Shown here: positions 36,176 through 47,500 of the stretch, piece by piece | Position numbering within the stretch: the first letter of the stretch is position 1 | Layout of the letters: each line of letters starts with the position of its first letter | From: Octopus bimaculoides | Lineage: Eukaryota | Length of the DNA stretch: 64,000 bases | Reading direction: 5' to 3' | Assembly: GCF_001194135.2 (NCBI RefSeq) | Contig: NC_068991.1 | Location: forward strand, 9,471,929-9,535,928 | The notes under the pieces: model-generated | What the model was told of the DNA's origin: nothing | The model's input: only the letters and a program-made list of their open reading frames with translations | Databases searched by the model: none | Position numbers and translations under genes: made by a program

Positions 36176-39100
36176 AGATTTATTAAATGCATACCAAACT
36201 TCAAAATCTTATTTCAGCAATACCCTGAAGACCCTGCAGAATTCAAACCACTCACAGAGGATGAGTAAGTAATGTTCAGAATTATGGAATATTTATTGAT
36301 GATAAAAAATTTCAAGAGAATTGTATAAATCTTTATTCACCTGTATTGTTACAATTGCCAGCGATGGGTTGGTTACCCTTAAAGTATACTCTCTCTCTCT
36401 ATCTCTCTTGATCTGGAATCAAATGATGGAAAACTTCTATTTTGACATTGAAATATAAAAAGATTGATCTAAGACCACTGTCTTAGTGTCTCCCTATTTA
36501 GGATGGAATTCTTGTTTGGAAGAATTTCAAATGGAAATTACCAATCGGAATGAAATGTTTGTACATAAGGAGCTCAATAAAGTTGTTCGGAATTTCCATG
36601 GTGTTTTGTCGAGAGATAATTGCTAAGATAGCTTAGAGGTTATGTGAGAAGCTATTGACTAAAGCATTTCTAGAAACGGCATTGTACTGATGTTGTATAC
36701 TGCATTGACTGTTGGCTACCCTAATACTTAAACATCTTTCTTGAAGAGTTTACTCTAACATTTAAGATTTGTGTTTATTTTATTTTCACATGGCTTTTTA
36801 CGTATTTGCTTATGTGCCTACATTGGACACCACTTGGTTTCCAAGGCAGATGAAATAATTTTACTATTGTAACTTTAATTTCAAGTACTGTAGACATTTC
36901 AGTTGTTCATAAAGGTTTATTTAGATATATTTAGCTAGCCTGAAATTTTCATTTTAGGTATTTTCCCTCGTGTTTGTTTAAAAATCACAGATTATGTTTT
37001 TTTAATTATTTAAACCATTTTTTTTTTATATTGTGAATCAAAATTATTTTAGACACCATTACTTTAATCTTCGTAGAGCATCAATCTCAAAATAAGAGTT
37101 GCGGATATCTATATCCTTTGTGTGTGTGTGTGTGTTCTGATAGAGAAAATGTCACCACACCCAACAATCCTAACTAACCTACTTTATGTTAGCACTATGC
37201 AATGGTAGCAAAAGTGGCTTGATTAGTTGATTGTCCTAACTTTTAAGACAATCATGTTAATTAAGGCAATTTATTTTATCATAGCAGTCTTTCAAAATGC
37301 CATTTACTTTTCATTGTTATGATCATAAAAATAGCAATAGATGGAAACTTTCTAAGCCATTGATATTTCTTGACACTGCACAACGAAAACCCTTTCTGAG
37401 TCATTTTGAAATTTTCAGCATTTAAAAAAAAAATGGCTTCAAATAAATAGCAAAGTGACTCTAGAGAAACACAGCTAGACTGACTATAGACATGCATTTT
37501 GAATGGATTGCTTTGCATCTTGGGCAAGTATCTTCTACAATATCTGGGGGCTAGCCAAACTGGATTTGCAAAATGAAAATTGAAAGAAACTGATTGGGTT
37601 TTTTTTTCTCTTTTTTTTTTTGTTTTGGTGTTTCCTTGTCATTGCATGGTAGATGTAAGCTTGCATCATCATCATCATCATCATCCTCGTGGTGTCATTC
37701 ATTTTTTCAGTCTGCTTAGAAGGAAATATTACCTTGCTTGGAAACCAGTGAGGACTGGCAACTGGAAAGGGCATTCACTCACAGAAAGATAGAAAAATGT
37801 GCTTCAGCATTTCTGTGTCTGATGCATCCAAGCGTGGTAAAAAGTTCAGTAAAACAATAATGAATATTGGCTAGATTAAAAAAAAAAAAACAAAAAAAAA
37901 ACCCATTGCAAGTTGATAGTGTATCCATGATAGATGAAAGAGGGTCAGAAAGAAGTAAAGTCATCCAAAGCACTCATAAATAATAATTTGAGACTTTTTG
38001 TTTTTTAATAGACTTCTACCTAAATGATTATTATTACTTACTATTTCTACCTGAATAATTGCTGCAGCAGAAATGTCTTCAATATCTTTTTTCGATCCAA
38101 AGTTAGTGATGTAAATAGGTAAATACATTTGCTGGTTATTTACTACAGCTTCTCTAACCTTCAATGAGATAGATTTACAATTTCACTACTGCAGTTATGC
38201 AGTGGAAACTGTGAGTAGTTTTTATTCAGTACATTTATTTCTATAATTTTCTTTGTAAAAAAACTGGTTAATTTGATAATATTGATTTCTAACTTGAGCA
38301 CAAAGCCAAAAATTTCAAGAGGTTCTGTAGATCAAATTTGACATTGGTAGTAAACATGTATTTAATCATGTTTGAAAGGCTGAAAGGTAAAGTTGACTTT
38401 GGTAGGAATTGCCGTGTGGTACTTATGTCTTTTTATTTCTATGAACAATGTTGATGTCATATTACAAGTTCTTCAATTCAGCTTGGTTTCTGTTCTCAGT
38501 TGTTTCTTCTTAACTCACACAATTTGAAATTGTATCAACATCAGAGCTATCTAGTTTTCTTTCTCTGTTATTAAAATTCATGCTTAATGAAATTATTTTC
38601 GTAATGTTTTAGAACATAACCTTAAGATTTTACTAGTCAAGTAAGTTTCCTACAATATTTCTTGCCAAATAATTGTTACAAGATAGGAAGGAACTCCATC
38701 TCGAAATGGTTGCTTGTATGTTCTAACCAGGCTCTATATTTTTAATGGGCATACATGCATGTGATGTATAAATTTGTGGTTGATACAATAGGTTTATATT
38801 AGCCCCTTAGCATTGATACAATAGGCTTATATTGTTTATATTGGCTCCTTAGCATTTAAAACATTTCATATAGAAGAGAAAAGAAATCTTTCCATCATTG
38901 TACATGTTGATTTTGCTGTCTGATGTTTTATTTTAAGTATTTACAATGCAGAATCTTGTCCTGTAGATTACATAGGATAAAGAAAGAAAAGAGACAGAAA
39001 GATCTACAGAGGAAGCAGAAAGCAGCTGAAAACAGAAAACATTTAGCAAATGTTAGGTAGGTCTGTCAGTTGTTTTTTTTTAAGGTTCTTTTTAAATGTT

Positions 39101-42100
39101 GTAGTGTTTGCTTGGAAGTTTGGAGTAAATGAGAAAAACCGTTGAAGGTTCAGTTAAGTAAGGAGTTAATTTGGCTGATGATAATGGTACCAATGCGAAG
39201 CTAAAACAAGAACAAATGGTAACTGCATTCTTTGATGTGACAATTATATCTGACTAAGAAAGCTTTGTTCCTTTGTCAACAGAATCTTGAATGTGTTGGC
39301 ACTTTATACTCTGACCTTATTTCCTCAACTCCCTTTTACTAGTGCCCATCTTTTCAGCAATATTTTCAATTCAAGAACTACTTACTCTTGTAAATCAAAT
39401 CTATCATGTCAATTATGTAGTAAACCAATGAAGAAAAAGAAAAAAAGACAATGTCCATGTGAACTAAAACTGCTGGAAGATTGCTTTTTTTTTTTGTGAT
39501 GTTAGAAGGCTTGTTTTTACCATTTTAAGTGTAACAAATCTGAACCAAAGCACTGAAGATTAACCCAAAATGTTTCAATGAAAAAAATCATGTCCAAATT
39601 TCTTTAATTTGAATTTAGTTTTTTTTTCTTCTTTATATCATTCCTCTATGCTTTATTAATTTCAAAAATTTATTTTTTGAAATTACTACTTAAAATGTAT
39701 ATTTCTAGGCAATGTTTTAAATGTGATGATTTTATTATATGTGAAACATGTATTTTCAGAAACTAATACAATTTTAACTAAACCAGAAGTCCTATCCTGG
39801 TTAACCAGGGACAAAGCAGTGAGATTTTGATAATTCTGTTATGATAGTTCTGCTGTAAATGATAGCATCACCAATGTTGAATTTTTATTTTTGAGATATT
39901 GTTACTGAGTTTGATTTGAAAAAAAAAAAAAAAGTTTTCCTTTTCTTATTTCTAATGTTTTATTGCTGTTGATAAAGCCATTCCTTTGTTTTAGATCTAG
40001 TTGTAATAAAAAATTCTTTGGCTGATGATTCAACTACTGATTTCTTAATTACACTGTTTAAAACAAGAGGAAATATCAAATCGTGATCTTCATTCCCCCT
40101 TTGAAGGGGATTTACGATGTAACAGAAATGGTTCTGTTAAGGAAAACTACATTGTGGATTTGGTTTGCCTATAACATTCCTCCTCACTAAGACAGATTTT
40201 AAAACTATACAATCATAATGACTGTAATTGAAAGTTTTTTTTTTTAACCTGTCAAAGATTAGGTTTTGATTTTTGAGCGTCTAAATCCATTTTAGAGAAT
40301 TTTTGTAAAGGAACTCTTAGTAGTGTTACACAAAAGTAACAAAATAAAAATACAGACGAAATATTAATTCTATATTAAATAGTTTTACTTTAAAAAAAGC
40401 TGGTTTTCTTAAAAATTTTCCCTTATTAATTATAGCAAGATTTTCCAAGCTGCAGAGTAGTATAGTAATTTTCCTATGGACATCATTTTGAAAATGCAGA
40501 TATCTAATTTTTTAGTATGTTTTTAATGTTTATATTTTTGTTTTCATTTCAGAGTTGTTCAAAAAAATCTTGTTTTTGTTGTGGGTCTATCTCAAAGGTT
40601 AGCAGAACCTGACGTATTAAAAAAGCATGAATATTTTGGTAAATTTGGAAAGATCCACAAAGTTGTCATTAATCAAAGCACATCTTATGCAGGGGCCCAG
40701 GTATGTTTTAATTTACATATTATATACACATTTTATTTCAAATGTTTGTTGCTACTGTTCTATCTAGACATGCTTGCATGTGTACAAGGTGTAGTACTAA
40801 ATAAATAGACTGGTGTTTGTCAGTTCTTCAGTTTATTTTTTTAAAGCTATTATAGTGATGGCCATGCTAGAGCACAACCTGTGTAGATAGCTATTAGTAG
40901 GCTTATATTAAAGTTATATATTTCTCACTTAATTCTTCTTGACTGAGATTCTATTACAAGGAAATATTAGGATTCATTGCAGGGGGATTTCCTGATTATA
41001 GAACTTACATGGACAAGTTAATATACATCATCAGTGCTAACATTACGTACTTAAGGTGCAATTCAAGCATTGATTTTGCATCTAGGTAGCTACAAGGATT
41101 TTAACTGGAAATGAAACTTCTCCTTTACATTGTTTCCCTTCTTAAAAAGGATACATTTTTAATTGTAACTTGGTATGGCTGTGACAAAGGGTCATCGGAA
41201 GCTTCAGTGAAAAGGTGTTCTCTCACTTTCAGAGAGTCACAAAGCTGCATAATGTTTAGTAACTGAATATCAAAAATATTAACCAAATGGACAGTAGAAA
41301 GTATTTTGTTATTATCAAGAGGTTAAAAAAGATACAGTAAGATATCAGCACATTAGGTTTCCCAAACATGTTTCGACATGTATTGCCAACCTTTCTAACT
41401 AATTACATTACCAATCATAAATGTTTTATATTTGATTTCTGTAAGTGAAACAAAATGGTTAGAGTTTAAAACTGAAATAGTTGTGAGATAACTTTCTTTA
41501 TGCTTTACTTCTGTCGATGTACAGAGAACCTATCTTTTGAGATTGATGTGTTATTTCTGTTTATTGCAGGGTCCAAGTGCCAGTGCATATGTAACATACA
41601 ACAGATCTGAAGATGCTCTGAAAGCTATTTTAGCAGTCAATAACGTTCATGTAGATGGTCGGACACTGAAAGCATCACTGGGCACAACAAAGTACTGCAG
41701 TCACTTTCTCAAAGGAGCGCAATGTCCTAAATCAGTAAGTCACGGTGTTTAAACAGGCCAAATGTTTCATGCTTCTCTATGTTTGGAGCTTGCTGAGGAG
41801 GCAATCTTGAGGCGGGATGGAAGGTTTACAATCTTGAGTTGGAAGACATTTGCTAAATATTTATTTCAGTTCAGTATCTCATGGTTTCCTCTGCCGAGAC
41901 ATATTGAGCCAGTGTGGCAGAGTAGGCTCATCAAACCATTATGATCTCAAGCTCAAATGCACAGCCACTACATCAGACCATGGTTGGTGGAGAGAACATG
42001 CTGAGGCCCTTGTCCTGCTGTAGACTGAACATGGACAATCCAATCCAGTCCAATCCCGTGGTTATCTGACTTAAGAATTAAAATACTTCACCTACACTTC

Positions 42101-44480
42101 CCTGTCTAAATTGAGTCAACGAAGAAGCCTCAGAAAGCTATAGTCATTTGATCTGTTAAAGGTAGCAACCATATCAACAGGAAATTGCAATCTATTGCCC
42201 TTAAAAGAGGATTGGATAATATAATCCCATCTACATTATTGAAAAAAAAAGAAAAAAAGAAATGTGAAGTGCTAAACGAGTACTTCACTTTTCTCAACTT
42301 TATCCTCTACCTGGGCTCCTGAGCAAAAAAAATAGTTGCTTATACAGTTCAAGAGTAACAATTTCAGGAAAACAAATGGACAGAATTGGCTGCATCTTCT
42401 TTTTCTGTGCGTGTTGTTCATTATCACTTTACCAGGAATCTGGCAGAGATGACATTTAACCTGTTCCCACTATAGTGAGAATATGGCATTACAGGGTTAA
42501 AATTCAAAGATTTTACCAGTCTAACTTGAACTCGTCACTTCATATTGGTCAGTGTTATATGCTCACCTTAATGACATTTTCCTTTCTTTCTCTCCTTGCA
42601 GGATTGTATGTATTTACATGAGTTAGGGGAAGAGGCAGCAAGTTTTACAAAAGAAGAAATGCAAATGGGGTAAGTCAATCATTTGATGTAACTCTTCAAT
42701 CTAATTACATCAATTTTTAAATGTAGAGCAGCTTTACTTCATTGTAGTCATCATTTAAAGATGTTTTGGGTATTCACTTTTCCTTTCATTTTTCTTTTTA
42801 TTGTAATTAGTGTAAAAAGAAACATTGTAATTTTACTTTCTCCTTTTTTTTTTCCACTCTTCAGTAAACATCAAGAATATGAACAGAAATTGTTAGAACA
42901 GTTTATGAATTCCCAAAACTTAGCAAATAACCACGTAACATCCAGTAAAACTATAACTTCAAGGTAAGTCATCTTCATTTCTAAAACTCTGTTATGAATA
43001 CCAGATACATTTCATATTACTGCAAAAGCTGGACATAACTGATGTTTAAATTATTTGTCCTGTTAGTGAGTTAAAACTGGATTTCCAAAGTATTTCAACT
43101 GAATAATTTTGAATAGATTATGCTTACAATATTCCTACTTATTTTACACTTAAACCTTTCCTTACCATATTTCTGTTGAAATATTCTCCTTTTGCTTCAA
43201 TTTATTTTTAAAATAATTAAGAAATTAGCACAGTTTTGTCACTAAGTTGGTACTTGAAACTTAAATGAACATGAAACCTTGATGGAAGGTTTGAATTTAG
43301 ATCACTTTAAAACAGGATATTTGTGTCCTAGAACCAGGGGCAGTCTCTGGTGGGTTGGTAACAAAAGGGTTAAGGTAGTTTCTGTTATGTTTCAGTATTG
43401 AACTGCTCTATTTTGATGGATACAGGAAAATAAGTAGGGCTTTTAAACAGCTAGATGTGTGGACCCCTTGTACAATTAAAATCAGAATGTTTCATAATTT
43501 TGATTGCTATTATTTGATAATTTTGGTTTATCAACGTAAATTCGAGATGTCATTCTTACTGGCCAAGGAAATGTTTGAAATCTCTGAATATGATTAGAAT
43601 TGCTGAGATGTGATTGTTTTTGTTCAGTTTTCTGCTTTTCACAGTGTCCAAGAATGAATGAAGAAAATGTGAGCTTATATCCTTTTCCATTCATCTGCAT
43701 TCTGCATTTGGTCCAACATCGGTTTTGTGATATATCAGCCTAGTTCTGTTTATCCAAGGATTCTATGGACGCTCTTCAGGGATGGTGCCAATCACTTGAA
43801 AAAAAATGAAGGCTTTTGGCCACTTGTTTTAATGTATTACAGTGGACAAGACTAACTTCATTTCAAACAGATCAAAGCATTCTCTTACCTCTGACGAGGG
43901 CTTTGAGCTGTGATTTTTATACAACTGATTCATTTAATCATGATATTACTATTTCATGTGTTTATTTAAACCTTGTGTTATCACTTTTCTGTTGAAATAC
44001 ACTGCTTTTGTTTTAGTTAATTTTGAAAATAATGAAAAATTTAGTAAAATGATTTTGTCATTCTTGATGTTTGGAACACAAATTAACATGGAATTTTGAG
44101 GGACGGTTTTAGCTCATCTAAATCATGAAGTTTATATTATAGGGCTATTGGCGGTCTCAGGTGAGCTGGTATTAAAATGAGTCAAATCTTTGATATTCAT
44201 CTATAAATTTGGTCTTGTTAGTGTAAGGAACATAATCCAGTTTATATAGCATGATTTAATCTCTCCAAATATATGCTCTATGTACAGACCTAGCCAACCC
44301 ACTCTGTTTGAAATTAGAAATCAGTATGGAAATGAAGTTGCTAATATATATGTTTGTTTATTTTTAAGTAGGAAAAAATCCTCGTCACCTGTCACAGTTG
44401 AACAGTCATCTCCACCCCAACAGTCAACACTACTCCAGCAAACAACAGAACTGCAGTTCCTCTCAACAGGGTCCTCTTCC

Positions 44481-44512
<32 letters not shown>

Positions 44513-47500
44513 TTCAGCTTCTTCCACTTCCTCTTCTCTGGTGGTGGGATCTGGTTTAGCAGCCAGTCAGCAACAAGCAGCACTCAATGCAAGCAAAGAT
44601 GTCTGGCCAGTTCTGAACAGTGGTGGTGGTACAAGCAATGCGACTACTGTTGGAACCACAATAGTGGGGAGTAATGTCACACCAGTTGGCAGCAAAGCAA
44701 CCAGTGCTGAGAGAATCCTCAATGGTAACAAAGTGCCCAACACAACTAGACATCATACTCACAGACCAAGCACACCAACCAAACAGAACAAATGTCTTAG
44801 AGACAAACGAGATCCTGATAAATTATCAATGTAAGTTTTGCTTCAACTTTTTAATATTTTGATTTCATTCTGCTGTAATTGGTTATTTGACTAGTTTTTG
44901 TAGAATCTTGAAGTCTTTCAGGTGCTTGGACAAAAATCTTTAAAATTAATGTTTCTACAATGATCTTTGCAATATCATCTGAATGATTTACATTTCTATT
45001 ATTTGTAAACTTGATTCTGTTTACCAAGTTATACAATCTGTAGATAGCTTGCATCCTAAATAGATTATGAATTAGTCAGTTGAGTTACTATTTTATTATT
45101 TTGTATAATGTTGCAAGCTTGCAGAATTGTTAGCAAAATGCTTAGCCACATTTTGTTTGTTGTTACGTGTTCTGGGTTTCAATTCCACAGGGGTTGACTT
45201 TGCCGTTCGTCCTTTTGGGATCGATAAAATAAGTTCCAGTTGAACATTGGAATCAATCAACATGGCCCCTCCTCAAAGACTTAGCCTTGTGCCAAATTTT
45301 GAAACTAATTAAGATACAAAAATAAATTTATTTCTCAAACGCGTGATAATACTATAAATAGCTTGATCAGGATAAATTATCCATATAATGCAGAAAAATA
45401 CGTTATCGGCATTATATGGATAAATTATCCTGATCAAGCTATTTATAGCATTATCATGCGTTTGAGAAATAAATTTATTTCTGTATCTTACAATACATCT
45501 CAATGCTTCTAAAGACAAACTTTGTTTGTTTACTTTCATTGTAAAGTTGAAACTAATTATTTTACTTCCATTTTATTTTACCTCTTGCATTTTTTGCCTT
45601 TAAAGTTACACAAAATATTTTGTATATTTGTAACATTTTGAGTTTTGTTTTCGTAATTCTTTGAATCTTATTCCTGTAAAAATAAAAAAAAAATAAAAAA
45701 AATAAAAATCTCCTTCTGTACTTGTTGCAATTACATTCTACAGGGTAGAAAATTACAGTAATGGTTCAATTGATTCCCCAAATATTCGGGTTTCAACATC
45801 GTCGTCCTACTCAGCACCATCGCCAACTTCAGCAGTCCACATGAATGATGCATTTGCTACCGCGATGAATCCATCTCTAACATTTATGGGCATAAACCAG
45901 GTATCACGACAAGTGCTGGAAAAAAGGAATGCAGACAGTCTTTCATTTTTCAGTGGTAATGGCTTCTCTAGTGGCAGCGAGAGGGAGACAACAAAAAATT
46001 CCACAATCCAGCATTCTACGGGTGAGGCAATCAGAAATTTATTATCTTTTAAGGCAACAAGCTACCAGAATTATTAGCATGCCAGACAAAATGTTTTGCG
46101 GCTTTTACTCAAACTTTACATTCTGAGTTCAAATTCTACCAAAGTTGACTTTGCCTTCTTTTTAGGGTTGATAAAAGAAATACCAGTAATGTACTGGGTT
46201 TGATGTAATCACAAGCTTCCTTTCCCAACATTTCAAGCCTTGTCTTTTGTAGAAAAAGTTACTATGAGTTGGCAGAATCATTATGTTTATGTATGTGTAT
46301 ATGCGTACGTGTGTGTATGTATATGCGTATGTGTGTGTGTGTGTGAATATATGTGTGTGTGCGCGCGCGCGTGTGTATATGCGTATGCATATGTATGTGG
46401 CATTTCACATACACACACACATAAGCAGAATGTTCAGTGGTATTTCATCTGTCTTTATGTTGTGAGTTCAAATTCCGTAGATGTAATCGACTTGCCTAAA
46501 GAATTTGCTGGTCTTGTGCTAAAATTTGAAACCATTATTATTATTATTATTGATATAATGTCTGATGATACATAGTCACTGGCATTCTTCAAGGCTGACA
46601 TTGTAATGGTTTCTTACCCTTGCCTTGAAAATGGTTGACATGTTATGATTAATTATTCTGCTGTAATTTTGTTACAAAGAAAACAAACCAGAGGATTGTA
46701 AACTAATCTTGAACTAAAATCTTGATTTGTTATTTAAAGCCATAATAGTTGTTCTTTCGACATTTTAAGTTTAGACAAGACTCAGTTTAATTTACTCCTT
46801 TCTCTCTATTTTAGTATTTCACCCTTTTGTTACTATATTTCTGTTGAGATGCTCTGTGTTTCTTTCAATTTTTAATATAACAAAGAATTTAGTAAAATAA
46901 CTTAGTTATCATTAAGTTAGGAAAGGTTTGGTGGAAGATTTTAATTCAGAACTTTTGAAAACAAGGCATTTGTACTACAGAGCCAGAGGCGGTTTCATCC
47001 GGGTTGGTATCAAAAGGGTTAATACTACATACAGTCCTTCTGTAAATTTTTTTGCCTTTTATATGTACTGGACTATCAGCCACCTAGTCCATTAGTTTTT
47101 GTCAGTTTTGCTTCTGTAGAATTATGGGTAATGAAAAAGAGAAGGAAAGAAATCTCGAAGTTCTATTTATTAAGCTTGTTTGTTTATTGAACAGGAATCC
47201 CGGAGTCCTTACCTTCTCTGGAAATCCCAGACACAATTCCAGTAACAAGTGCAACTGACTGGCAAGCAGCATTTGGATTTGCACCAAAGAGTGTTGATTA
47301 TCAAGATGATGATCTTGGTAAGATATTGTTGTCAAATTTGGTTGTTTCTTTGACAATTCTACAATTTTCTTCCATAGAACTTGCTTCAATTAATTATTAT
47401 TCTTGCTATATTTTGCCTTTTTAAAAAAAAATTTTTTTTTTTTAACTCTTGTTAATTTGTTTTACATTTTGATAATTTTCAGGTTTCGATCCTTGGAATG

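Noticed and set aside
39720-39760. GTGATGA...GAAACATGTA hammerhead-like string
   Set aside because: C3 missing and no stem II; chance match in AT-rich DNA
41360-41400. ACATGTTTCG (reverse CGAAACATGT)
   Set aside because: No matching core on the minus strand
43885-43910. CTGACGAG core-like motif
   Set aside because: No stem II closure or GAAA follows
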